DNA from: Ignavibacteria bacterium
GTDB lineage: Bacteria; Bacteroidota; Ignavibacteria; Tepidaquicellales; OLB5
Direction of reading: 5' to 3'
Assembly (NCBI GenBank): GCA_030835085.1
Contig: JAUQWQ010000158.1
Coordinates: 1,125 to 65,124 of the forward strand
Length of the DNA: 64,000 bases
Of this stretch, positions 18,249 through 28,368 are shown piece after piece (position 1 is the stretch's first letter; the number at the start of each line of letters is the position of its first letter). Below the pieces are notes generated by a model. The model had not been told where the DNA came from. It searched no databases and was given only the letters and a program-made list of their open reading frames with translations. A program made the translations under genes and the position numbers.

Positions 18249-21191
18249 TTAATTAAAGAATAATCTGAATCCGAGCCTTACCTGCCTTGGCGGACCGTAG
18301 TTATTAATAGCATGTGACCTTATTTTATAAAGTTCTACTGCCTGCGGGCCAACTGTATTTGCCCACTGCCTTCCTGGATAACTATCCAAAAAGCCTGTAT
18401 TACCGGCTTCACCGGAGGTTGCAAATACATCACTGATAAGTTCCTGATCAAGTACATTAATTGCTAAAATGTACAGATTAGCATTCAGTTTATTGAAGAT
18501 TTTGAATGTCTTATCAATTTTGAGGTCAAGTCTTAAATTCCATGGTGAATAAGCTGAATTCAATGGTGCAATTGGAGTATTTCCACCGGGTGACTGAACC
18601 ACCTGAAGAACATCATATGAATTATTTGACGGAGTGTAAGGCCTACCGCTGTTAAAACTAAACAAAGTATTTATTCCTAATCTTGATAAAACACCGCCCC
18701 AGAAACCTTTGGGTACATCTGTTGTTCCCCATCTGTAATCAAGTTCAATTGAACCTGTATGTCTCTGGTCGTAATCCAGTGCTGTTGGAATTTTAGGAGG
18801 TTCATCACCATTATAAGCAATGTTACTCTGTGAATTGATATTTGAACCTGTTCCGGAAGCAAATGACAAGCCATAAGAAATTGAAGCTCTTAGCCTGTTA
18901 ATTCTTCTGAGATCCAGACTGAAATCAATACCTCTTACTATACCAAAGTCACCGTTATCATATATTGCGAAACTATATGAGTTATCCTGAGCTTTTATAT
19001 TTACAGCCTGGATAAGATCTGAAGTCTCTTTATAATAAGCTGTAAGGCCCAAAGTTACATAATCACCTGCTGAGTGTTTTACACCAAGTTCATATGCTGT
19101 TGTTCTTTCAGGTTTCAATAACGGGTTATTGAAAACTGTAAAATATCCTACGCCGCCATCAGCTAAATCTCTGATAACTCTCTGGTTCTCATACAGATTC
19201 TCTAAAGCAGGAAGCTGTATAAATTTACCATATTGTGCATGGAATACTGTTTTATCGGTTATCGGGAATGAAAAACCAAGTCTTGGACTTACTTCAATAG
19301 TTTTTTCAACTGTTTTATAGTCTGCTTCGTTTAAAATTCCGTCTGCGCCTTTTAGGTTTTCATAATCTATAGGTACAAGAGTATTAGGATCCATATAATC
19401 TACCCTGATACCTAAGTTTGTATTAAAATAATCAAACTCCATTTTATCAAGGAAGTAAAAAGCACCGATCCTTGGTTTCTTTGGAGCTTCAGTTACGTTC
19501 AAACCGTTTACAACATAATCTTCTTCTATTTCATTTCCATAAACATCATATCCGTAAGCTTCCATAAAATTGGAATTTGCGCCATTTTCATCAATTACAG
19601 GGTTGTTAATAACATTACCGCTTGTATTGATATACTTATTTGGATTTGGAAGCGAACCAAAACCAATTACGTTGGCATAATAATTCCTTACCTTAAACTG
19701 CTTGTACTCTCCGCCAAATTTCAACTCATGATTACCAAGTTTCTTAGTAAGAAGCTGATGAGTAAAATTCAGATTAAAAGATAAAGCCTGAGTTTTCTGT
19801 TTGTAATAATTACCGCTGACAGTTCCGGGATTTCTGAAAACCCTGAAATTAGCTGCTGATGATACTGTACCGCCCATACCTGAAATTCCGAGAACAGTAT
19901 TTGTATCGCCGTAAGCCAAGATTGAAGGATAAAGGAATCCATCTTCACCAGGTAAGCTCTGGATAAAGTCATCTACAAAAAAGATACCGTCACCTTCTTT
20001 ATATGAACTTTCAAGATAGGATGCCTGAAGATCATAAAAAGTTTTTGAACCGAATAACTGGTTTATTTTTACATAACCCTGCTGGTTATTATGTTTAACC
20101 AAAGGATTATGATATGAATTGAATTTTCCAAATGAACCAAGCCAAGTTCTTGATGTTTCATCATTACCAAAATAACCGCCGGTTAAAGTTAAATTTAACT
20201 TACCTTTTGTCATTTCGCTGATACTGATAATAGTTTTACCTGACCATGACTGACCATTCCTTGAGAAATTAGGAAGAATTCCGTCATCTGCCCATAGTTT
20301 AGCTACATCCTGGCTAACGGGCTGATCTACTAAATTAAAATTCTTTTCGTAACTTCCGAAAATTGACCAGTATTTGCTTAATTTTTTTGTAGGGATTACA
20401 GGTCCGCCTAAGCTTATACTGTAAACATTATAACCCTGTGAAGTTGTATTGATATAATCACCTGCAATCACATCAGAAATAACTTCTACTGAACCTGTAT
20501 AACTTGGAGCGGATTTAGTTGTTACATTGATAACACCGCTGAGTACGTTGCCGTATTCTGCACTGAAACCGCCTGTTAATACAGCCAGTTCCTGCAATGC
20601 ACCATTTGATACATTAGCCGTAGAGCCTCTGTCTAATGGATTATTGGTAACAACACCATCAATTATGATCTGGGTTTCGCCATCTCTGCCGCCCCTGATA
20701 TTGATGTTCTGACCTTTTTCATCCTGAACAACGCCGCTTGTTTTGGCAACAATGTTCTCTATGCCTCTGATACCGGTGTTTTCGATAAACTCAGTATTAA
20801 TGATCTTCCCGCTATTATCTACAACTTTTCTTTTTGCAATAATAATAGTAGTATCTAATACAACACCTCCCTGAGACATTGTAAAATCAATGTTCGCAGT
20901 GATACCAACACTTACACTGATATTTGATTGAATCTGTGCATCATAGCCAACATATGTACACTTTACAGAATATGTACCAACCGGTACATTAAGTATAGCG
21001 TACTGTCCGTTTTCATCTGTACCGCTTCGTAATTGAGTACCCTCAACTTCGACCCTGGCACCGATCAAAAGTTCGCCTTTATCATCTCTCACAACTCCGG
21101 CAATCTTTCCGGTTGTTTGAGAGATAAGGTCAACTGTGGCAATTGTGAAAATAAGAAGAAGGGCTAAGAAGAAATGGTTAAATAGCCTCAT
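18249..21191 (-). CDS. TonB-dependent receptor with N-terminal carboxypeptidase-regulatory-like domain
   Basis: Signal peptide. CarboxypepD_reg-like domain (GKIAGVVRDDKGELLIGARVEV...GTYSVKCTYVGY). Plug (NINIRGGRDGETQIIIDGV...GGFSAEYGN). Beta-barrel of about 700 aa. Confidence 0.85.
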   Translation of the reverse strand: MRLFNHFFLALLLIFTIATVDLISQTTGKIAGVVRDDKGELLIGARVEVEGTQLRSGTDENGQYAILNVPVGTYSVKCTYVGYDAQIQSNISVSVGITANIDFTMSQGGVVLDTTIIIAKRKVVDNSGKIINTEFIENTGIRGIENIVAKTSGVVQDEKGQNINIRGGRDGETQIIIDGVVTNNPLDRGSTANVSNGALQELAVLTGGFSAEYGNVLSGVINVTTKSAPSYTGSVEVISDVIAGDYINTTSQGYNVYSISLGGPVIPTKKLSKYWSIFGSYEKNFNLVDQPVSQDVAKLWADDGILPNFSRNGQSWSGKTIISISEMTKGKLNLTLTGGYFGNDETSRTWLGSFGKFNSYHNPLVKHNNQQGYVKINQLFGSKTFYDLQASYLESSYKEGDGIFFVDDFIQSLPGEDGFLYPSILAYGDTNTVLGISGMGGTVSSAANFRVFRNPGTVSGNYYKQKTQALSFNLNFTHQLLTKKLGNHELKFGGEYKQFKVRNYYANVIGFGSLPNPNKYINTSGNVINNPVIDENGANSNFMEAYGYDVYGNEIEEDYVVNGLNVTEAPKKPRIGAFYFLDKMEFDYFNTNLGIRVDYMDPNTLVPIDYENLKGADGILNEADYKTVEKTIEVSPRLGFSFPITDKTVFHAQYGKFIQLPALENLYENQRVIRDLADGGVGYFTVFNNPLLKPERTTAYELGVKHSAGDYVTLGLTAYYKETSDLIQAVNIKAQDNSYSFAIYDNGDFGIVRGIDFSLDLRRINRLRASISYGLSFASGTGSNINSQSNIAYNGDEPPKIPTALDYDQRHTGSIELDYRWGTTDVPKGFWGGVLSRLGINTLFSFNSGRPYTPSNNSYDVLQVVQSPGGNTPIAPLNSAYSPWNLRLDLKIDKTFKIFNKLNANLYILAINVLDQELISDVFATSGEAGNTGFLDSYPGRQWANTVGPQAVELYKIRSHAINNYGPPRQVRLGFRLFFN

Positions 21192-21215
21192 TTATATTAC
21201 CTCCGATTTGTTATT

Positions 21216-21258
21216 CAAAAAAAACCCTGCCCATTATCATTCAATAACAGGACAGGGC
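21216..21258 (-). terminator. rho-independent terminator after 21274-23178, upstream of the TBDR operon
   Basis: CCCTG(T)CC...GG(G)CAGGG stem followed on the minus strand by T8. Confidence 0.7.
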
Positions 21259-21273
21259 TTTTTAAAAAATTTA

Positions 21274-23178
21274 TTATTTTACTAAAATCATTTTTTTAGT
21301 TTCTGAAAAATCTCCGGATGTTAATGTATAGAAATAAATTCCGCTTGCATATGAAGATGCATTGAAACTGATTTCATTAATACCGGCTGTTGCTAATTCA
21401 TTTTTAGCTAAAGTTTTTACAAGTCTGCCTGTTACATCAAATATTTCGAGTGTAACATTTGAATTTTTGGGAACTGAGAACCTGATCGTTGTACTTGGAT
21501 TGAATGGATTCGGGAAATTCTGTGATAGTGCGAATCTTTCCGGAATTTCATTCGATACATTGATAATACCGATAGGTGTAGTTACCTTCTTGAAGCTCTG
21601 ATATACAATAGCTGAAGGCGAAAGGTCAGTAAATACCTGTGCGCCAGGCTCTCTTGTACTCATATATGTAACATAAGCTGCATTATTTGTATTATTCTGA
21701 GCTGCTACAACCGGGTAAACTTCATCCCAGTTTGGCGTATTTGTTACATTTACCGGATTTGAATTCCATGTAGCACCGCCATCAAGTGACCAGCTTAAAT
21801 ATATATCATGGAAGTTCCAGTTCTGACCAACAACTGATGTTGCAGTATCAGGCTGAACAACTGAGTATGTACAGTACATAACACTTCCGTCAGCTGAAAA
21901 GCCGATAGCGGGATGACCAAAGATAGCTTCATTAACACCAAACATAAGCCTGGTGCCGTTTGACCTTAACATCTTACCCCAGTTATTGGTATCAGCCATA
22001 AAGCCAATTTTTGTCCAGTCAGCAACTACAACCGGATTTCCGCTGTTAACTGCAGGACTCCATAAAATAACCTTCCATGGTCTTCTCTGGTCAGCGAGTG
22101 ATACGTATGTTGTTGTATAATCAAATGTTGCAAAGCATACATACGGATTTGTTGTATTTTTCTTATAAATAGCATCAACGTGCCAGTATGGCTGCAATGA
22201 ATCGCCATTTAAGAAACCGTTACCTAAAATTTTCTGTGAAGCAGGCCAGGTAACGCCGCCATCTGTTGAAGTTGAATATCTGACTGATCTAAAAGGATCG
22301 CCGCCGCTTGTGGGTTCATTTACATAACTCCATGCAGCTGTAAGCTGATTAGCATTGCTGCTTGCTCCAATTGTATATGCCTGGACTGTATTTGAAAGTT
22401 CTCTTGTTTCAACGACCTTCAAAGGAGTAAAAGTACCTGCCGGCGGATCAAATTCTGTGAAGAATAAAGTATCTCTTATTAATGAAGTGCTTGATACACG
22501 CTGTAAAAAACAGCCTAACTTTCCGTTTGATTTTAAAGCTGAAAACAGATCTGTACCGGTAGTTAAACCAAGCGGAAGCAGGTTAACCGTTATACTTCCT
22601 GCACCTAATAATACATCATATCCAACACCGGGAGTTCTAACTGTTGAATTAAGCGGTTCCTGGTAATATCTTCCTGATGTAGCAATTGTTCTGTTTCCTG
22701 CTATTGTGAGCAAGCTTGCATCGGGATATCTTGATTTCTGGTTGTTTGACATGTCATTTGCGCCTGTCCATGTTAAACCGCCGTCTAAACTAACGTTATA
22801 TCTGATTTTCATTGAAGTACCTGCATTTGAATTAGGTATTTCAAGAGAATCAAGATATACTGCTGCAACAATAACTGTATCCCCGCTTACCAGTATCTGG
22901 CTTAAAGAATTACCGTTTGTTGCGTAATCATTAAATCCGGATAACCCGGGTACACTATCTGCGGGAGGTGGAGGCATAACCATATCTTTCTGATTATTTG
23001 CCACGAGATTTACATGCGGTGTATTCCCGTCACTCTCTATAGTTCTTTCAATAATTGTGTTATAATTCAAAGATTTTGTCAGCTTATCGTTTCTCCAGCC
23101 TTTATCTACGTAATTACTCGCAACAAAAGCTAAAGTTACACAAGCAAGAATGACAAAAAATGTAATTTTAATTCTCAT
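21274..23178 (-). CDS. BNR/Asp-box beta-propeller protein with T9SS type-A C-terminal domain
   Basis: Signal peptide, SLDGGLTW / STDGGVTW / SLDGGATW Asp-boxes, and C-terminal SQNFPNPFNPST...GIYFYTL...KKMILVK-stop. Confidence 0.85.
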   Translation of the reverse strand: MRIKITFFVILACVTLAFVASNYVDKGWRNDKLTKSLNYNTIIERTIESDGNTPHVNLVANNQKDMVMPPPPADSVPGLSGFNDYATNGNSLSQILVSGDTVIVAAVYLDSLEIPNSNAGTSMKIRYNVSLDGGLTWTGANDMSNNQKSRYPDASLLTIAGNRTIATSGRYYQEPLNSTVRTPGVGYDVLLGAGSITVNLLPLGLTTGTDLFSALKSNGKLGCFLQRVSSTSLIRDTLFFTEFDPPAGTFTPLKVVETRELSNTVQAYTIGASSNANQLTAAWSYVNEPTSGGDPFRSVRYSTSTDGGVTWPASQKILGNGFLNGDSLQPYWHVDAIYKKNTTNPYVCFATFDYTTTYVSLADQRRPWKVILWSPAVNSGNPVVVADWTKIGFMADTNNWGKMLRSNGTRLMFGVNEAIFGHPAIGFSADGSVMYCTYSVVQPDTATSVVGQNWNFHDIYLSWSLDGGATWNSNPVNVTNTPNWDEVYPVVAAQNNTNNAAYVTYMSTREPGAQVFTDLSPSAIVYQSFKKVTTPIGIINVSNEIPERFALSQNFPNPFNPSTTIRFSVPKNSNVTLEIFDVTGRLVKTLAKNELATAGINEISFNASSYASGIYFYTLTSGDFSETKKMILVK

Positions 23179-23472
23179 CTTTTTGGCTCCTTAATTTCAT
23201 GAAATTTGGTTTATTACTGCTCTAATATAATAGAACTTATACGTGATGTCAAGCGAAAATTAACTGAATATTAACAAATTTTTCAATTTTTTTGCAACCA
23301 CAATAATGGTATTGCTTAAATTTATTTTATATAGTAGTTAGAATATTTTCAACTTTTTAAACAATACTTAATAACTGTATACGGAGCTTATTAAAAGTAT
23401 GTGAACCATATAGCACCAAATAAAACCGCAAAATATTTTTTGATAAATTAAATCCGAAGGGCAAAAAAGGAT

Positions 23473-23500
23473 TAAAAAGGGGGATAATTGCTTATCCCCC
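23473..23500 (-). terminator. rho-independent terminator after 23517-25343
   Basis: GGGGGATAA-GCAA-TTATCCCCC followed by TTTTT on the minus strand. Confidence 0.8.
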
Positions 23501-23516
23501 AAATTTTAAAAATTAA

Positions 23517-25343
23517 CTATTTAACCAGGATCATTTTCTTTGTATCAGTAAAATCACCTGCTTTAATCTTATAGATATAAATACCGCTTGGTAAATTCTC
23601 TGCATTAAATTCCATTGATTTTACACCTGCAGTCTGCACATCATTTACTAATGTAGCAACTTCGCGGCCTAAAACATCATAGACTTTTAATGATACGAAT
23701 CCGGCTTTTACCAGGTTATATTCAATCTTTGTAACCGGGTTAAATGGATTCGGATAATTCTGTGCAAGATGGTAATCTTTCAGAATGTTCTGATTATTAC
23801 CAATACCAATTGGATTTGTTCCGGTAAGTTTCCTGAATATCAACTGATTTCTGGAAGGAGCAGCAAGTGTTCCGTTACCGTTAAATGAAGCAGGTCCAAC
23901 ACCAGGATCCTTCATATAAACAAGGTTCAATTCATAGTTTCCGCCCGATGTACCGGGATTCCATAAAGAAACCGACGGATATGTTTCATCTATTGTCGGG
24001 GTATTTGTTAATCTTACCGGGGTTGACCAGGTTGTTCCATCATTTAATGAATACTGAATGTAGAGATCTCTCTGGTTAAAACCGCCGTTTGATGTATCTG
24101 ATTTCACAACGCTATATACGCAATATAGAGTACTGCCATCAGCTGACCAGCCAAGAGCAGGGAAATCTATTGTAAATACGAAAGCAAGTGATTGTGACAT
24201 TGTTGTTGCTCCGCCAACATCAGCAACTGTGCAAATAGTTGTATGAGTTCCGTCACTTTTTGTTAACTGCAGCTTTCCGTTTGCAAAAAGATTATCAGTA
24301 GTTATAGGATAAGCAAGATACCAGTTATTAGTGTTCTTTTTGTATACAAAGAAAGAACCTCCGGCAGTAGCAACTGTATCCTGTCCGCCATTTACAGTAT
24401 ATGGAGCAAATGCGGTGTTAACAGGACCCCATGTGGTGCCGTTATTTGTTGATGTAATTTCGAATATTTTACTGTTTTCAAGTGTATCATTTTCATTAAC
24501 CGGGGCAATGATAACTGTTACTCTTCCCTGGTTATTGTTGGCAATATGATATCGTGCATTACTTCCAACTGTGCCGATAAAGTTCATACCACTGATCCAC
24601 AACGGAGTTCTGTCGCTCATTTGAGTTCCGCCGGTATATACTGAATAATACAAAGTTTCGGGAGGAACTGTTGAACTTACATTTCTTCTTGAAATTAAAC
24701 CAACATTACCATTATTATAAACGGAGATCTGAGGCCATATTCCAAAAGGTCTTGTTGTTGGATTCGGATGCGAATATTCATTGAAAGTTGCTGCTAAAGG
24801 AGCAACATCAATATATAAGTTTGCATCAAGCCTGTTGCCTGCATTAGTACTGTGATTTGAGATCACTGCAGCACCATCTTTTAACTGAAGAACTCCGAAA
24901 CCGGATCTGACATTAGGAACATCAACGCTTAATTCCCAAGTTAAACCACCATTAGTTGAAAATGAATATTTTGTTCTTCTGGTTGTTGCACCTGCCTGAT
25001 CAAGAGAATCTGACTGGACATCAATTACATGAATATTAAGCGGGTTCAGAGCATCAACCTGTATATACTCATTAGTTTCACCATTAGTCTTAAAATCATA
25101 GAATCCTGAAATTCCTGTAAATACTTCAGGTCCTACAAGAATACTGTCTGTTGCAAATCCCTGTGCCAAAGGAGCGGTAAATACAATAGATTGCGGTGCA
25201 ATATTGTATGGAATAAAACTCACATTGGAACCGTCCATTTGAGAAACATTTCTGTTGAGCCTTGTCTGGTTTCTATCACCTGATGAAACCTGGAAGGACA
25301 CAAATAAAAGTAGTAAAAAAATAACTGAAGCTTTTGCTCTCAT
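23517..25343 (-). CDS. BNR/Asp-box beta-propeller protein with T9SS type-A CTD (paralog of 21274-23178)
   Basis: STNGGLTW, STNNGTTW and SLNDGTTW. Block LYCVYSVVKSDT...SLNDGTTWSTPVRLTNTPTIDETYP is collinear with the neighbouring gene. CTD AQNYPNPFNPVT...KKMILVK-stop. Confidence 0.85.
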   Translation of the reverse strand: MRAKASVIFLLLLFVSFQVSSGDRNQTRLNRNVSQMDGSNVSFIPYNIAPQSIVFTAPLAQGFATDSILVGPEVFTGISGFYDFKTNGETNEYIQVDALNPLNIHVIDVQSDSLDQAGATTRRTKYSFSTNGGLTWELSVDVPNVRSGFGVLQLKDGAAVISNHSTNAGNRLDANLYIDVAPLAATFNEYSHPNPTTRPFGIWPQISVYNNGNVGLISRRNVSSTVPPETLYYSVYTGGTQMSDRTPLWISGMNFIGTVGSNARYHIANNNQGRVTVIIAPVNENDTLENSKIFEITSTNNGTTWGPVNTAFAPYTVNGGQDTVATAGGSFFVYKKNTNNWYLAYPITTDNLFANGKLQLTKSDGTHTTICTVADVGGATTMSQSLAFVFTIDFPALGWSADGSTLYCVYSVVKSDTSNGGFNQRDLYIQYSLNDGTTWSTPVRLTNTPTIDETYPSVSLWNPGTSGGNYELNLVYMKDPGVGPASFNGNGTLAAPSRNQLIFRKLTGTNPIGIGNNQNILKDYHLAQNYPNPFNPVTKIEYNLVKAGFVSLKVYDVLGREVATLVNDVQTAGVKSMEFNAENLPSGIYIYKIKAGDFTDTKKMILVK

Positions 25344-25368
25344 AGTATTTCCTTTTTAGTTTATAAAA

Positions 25369-28203
25369 TTACTTTATTAAAATCATTTTTTTAACTGATG
25401 TAAAATAACTCGATTCAAGTTTGTAAAAATAAATTCCGCTTGCAAGATTGGTACCGTTAAAATCGTATTTATATTCACCAGGAGTTAATAAACTGCTGAA
25501 ACTTGCAGTTTCTCTCCCGATTATATCATAAATTTTCAATTTAACTATATCGGTCTTTGCAATATCAAACTTAATAGTAGTAACAGGGTTGAACGGATTT
25601 GGATAATTCTGATAAAGCTCAAATTTTTCCGGAATAATGCTTGAAATCGGCTCAATTCCAATTACATTAAATCTGTTCTTGGCTGCATTATTGTTAGTTC
25701 TTAATTCATTAAGATCGTTGCCCTTTACAACGGCAAATCCGACAACTATGCTGTCATTGTTATTCAGGTTATATGGTCCCCCTGATATAACAAAACAGTT
25801 GGCACCGGGTCCAATGTTCCCGTTCACAATACCATTGCTCATTGCATCCCATTTTTCCTGGGTTGTAAAACCGGTTAAAACTTCTGCAGCATTTAATGCT
25901 TTAAAATTGAGATTTTGAGATGACAGCAAACTTACCCCAAGATATGGGTTAGTAGTTGTATTATTATAGGTATAACCTATTTTATTCAGTGTATCAAGCG
26001 CAGAAATCGCTCCTCCATTAATACCATTCGGGGTAAAATATAAATATATACCTGAAAAAATATTTGAAAGCGGTCCGCCGCTTGTATTTTTAATTGTATA
26101 CCGCAGAATAATGTAGTTAGCGTCTGGTGCACTGTTCCATGCAAAACTTTCAGATCTTACAGTAACACCGATCTTATTCACTCCCGCGCCGTTATCATTG
26201 AAATAACCTTTTCCGTCTTCATTCGAAAAAACTCCGGGCATCTGAAGAGTATATGGATTGATCGCAGTAAAATCTGTATCAGATATATTAATCGGTGAAC
26301 TTCCCCTTCTGCAATCATCTGATACTTTTGTATTGCTTATACCAATCATCAAACCGCCTTCAAGCATCTGGTTTCCGGTATATCCCGGGATATTCAGTCC
26401 ATTACCATATGCCTGGGTTTTCTTTCCAACAGCACCGTCTTTTGTTAAAGAAAGTTTCATATTGTTAACAGAATGTGTTGCCCAGCCCTGTCTGAATGTA
26501 ACAGTAAAGGTTGCTGTTGCACCGTCATGATATGCGTTTGCAGAAGTTCTTAAATTAAATGTCACAACTTTATCGTATGGACAGGAAGGTTTTGCTTTAA
26601 CCCTGAAAGTGTTTGATGGCTGGGTACTGTATGAAGTATATGCGTTAAGATTCCCGACATAAACAGAATCCTGAACGATTTCTACATCCGGGTCAGCAGT
26701 AGTGAGCCTTAATGAAACGTTATTGCCGGCAATCCAAATATTCCTGTAATCAATTGCAAAAGTAACAACTTCGTTTATATCAAAAGCTTTATCATTGTTT
26801 CCGTATAATGAATCGCTGGCAGTTTTTGAGATCAATGAAATGATCGGGAAATCCGCTACGCATTTAAAAGCATTAACTCTTCCCGTTCCTAATAGTCCAA
26901 TATATGCCGGATTCAAATGATATATACTGTCAACACCAAGCTTCAGCCTGTCAACTACCTGTGCATTTGTCCAAGAAGGATACTTTGACCTTATCAAGCC
27001 AACAACACCGGCAGTAACCGGCGATGACATTGATGTACCGTTAAAAACTGCATATGAATTATCATATACTGTACTTAAAATTCCTTCTCCGGGTGCAATT
27101 ACGTCAACTGTAGTATGATAATTGGAAAAACTGGCTTTTAAATCAGCGGAATTTGACGCTGCAACATTTACAACATTATCGTAAGAAGCCGGGTATCTGG
27201 GAGTATTTAAACCATCATTACCGGCTGAAGCAACTATAACAACTCCTGCTGCCCATGCATCGTTTATAATATTTTGAGTACCTGCACTGAAGGTAGAACT
27301 TCCAAAGCTGCAATTGATGACTTTAGCACCGTTTTGGTACAAGTAAACAATACCGCTGTTCGAATTGTAAATATTGTTATCGGGAACATCGGGAGCATGT
27401 TTGCTGATACGCAGCTTGCATTTAAATCCCGGTCCGGCACCATGAACATTATTATTTGCTACCTGTGAAGCACAGCCTGATACATGCGAGCCGTGATCAC
27501 TTCCGCCTAAAATATTCGGGTCATTATCATAATAATAAAAATCCCATCCTTTGAAGTCATCAATATAACCGTTACCGTCATTATCAACTCCGTCAACAGG
27601 ATCAGCGTAATTATACCTGATATTTGCACCAAGATCCGGATGGTCAAGATCGCTTCCGCTATCTACTATTCCAATAACAACATTTGTATCACCCTGGGTT
27701 ATATCCCACGCCTGGAATGAATTTATCTTGCTTATATGATACTGCTGCGGGATCGAAGGGTCATTTGGTACGAATAATGCTTCATAAACAAATTCGGGCT
27801 CAGCCCATTCAAGAATATCTTTGTTTTTTTCAAAAATTTCTGCAGATAGATCGGTAGGGTCGATATTTCCATCGTATTTAATAGTAAAAAATCTCGCAAG
27901 ATCTTCGTCACCGTTCATTCTTAATTTCACATCTTTTTTCAATGGAAAAGGAGGGTAAACACTTTTTACATCATATTGTGAAATTATATTATCAATAGAG
28001 CCAAATCCAGTGGTAAAACGTGTATAAATTTCATTGTGGGTTTTAAATTTAATATTAATCATTCCCGGCTGATACTTTGCACCATCCTGGACCCTTAATA
28101 TTACTCTTTCACTTATCCTTTTGTATTTAACTTCAGGATTATCCGTGAAACTAAAAAAGGCTAAAAAAACGGGCATTAAAAAAAATAGGAATATTTTTTT
28201 CAT
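25369..28203 (-). CDS. subtilisin-family (S8) serine peptidase with T9SS type-A CTD
   Basis: Catalytic triad contexts GIVDSGSDLDHPDL (D), HGSHVSGCAS (H) and NGTSMSSPVTAG (S). Long beta-rich C-terminal region. CTD YQNYPNPFNPVT...KKMILIK-stop. Confidence 0.9.
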   Translation of the reverse strand: MKKIFLFFLMPVFLAFFSFTDNPEVKYKRISERVILRVQDGAKYQPGMINIKFKTHNEIYTRFTTGFGSIDNIISQYDVKSVYPPFPLKKDVKLRMNGDEDLARFFTIKYDGNIDPTDLSAEIFEKNKDILEWAEPEFVYEALFVPNDPSIPQQYHISKINSFQAWDITQGDTNVVIGIVDSGSDLDHPDLGANIRYNYADPVDGVDNDGNGYIDDFKGWDFYYYDNDPNILGGSDHGSHVSGCASQVANNNVHGAGPGFKCKLRISKHAPDVPDNNIYNSNSGIVYLYQNGAKVINCSFGSSTFSAGTQNIINDAWAAGVVIVASAGNDGLNTPRYPASYDNVVNVAASNSADLKASFSNYHTTVDVIAPGEGILSTVYDNSYAVFNGTSMSSPVTAGVVGLIRSKYPSWTNAQVVDRLKLGVDSIYHLNPAYIGLLGTGRVNAFKCVADFPIISLISKTASDSLYGNNDKAFDINEVVTFAIDYRNIWIAGNNVSLRLTTADPDVEIVQDSVYVGNLNAYTSYSTQPSNTFRVKAKPSCPYDKVVTFNLRTSANAYHDGATATFTVTFRQGWATHSVNNMKLSLTKDGAVGKKTQAYGNGLNIPGYTGNQMLEGGLMIGISNTKVSDDCRRGSSPINISDTDFTAINPYTLQMPGVFSNEDGKGYFNDNGAGVNKIGVTVRSESFAWNSAPDANYIILRYTIKNTSGGPLSNIFSGIYLYFTPNGINGGAISALDTLNKIGYTYNNTTTNPYLGVSLLSSQNLNFKALNAAEVLTGFTTQEKWDAMSNGIVNGNIGPGANCFVISGGPYNLNNNDSIVVGFAVVKGNDLNELRTNNNAAKNRFNVIGIEPISSIIPEKFELYQNYPNPFNPVTTIKFDIAKTDIVKLKIYDIIGRETASFSSLLTPGEYKYDFNGTNLASGIYFYKLESSYFTSVKKMILIK

Positions 28204-28368
28204 TTGACAGAAATTATTTTAGAATTTGTTTTAAATTAAATATAAATTTTCTTTCTTGCAATGCTTAATTTTTTTATCAATTTAATAAATTTTTCAATCT
28301 TTTGTTTAACATATACTTTTTAATTGTAATTCTTTATGAATTGATAAACTACACTATAATATCCATAT

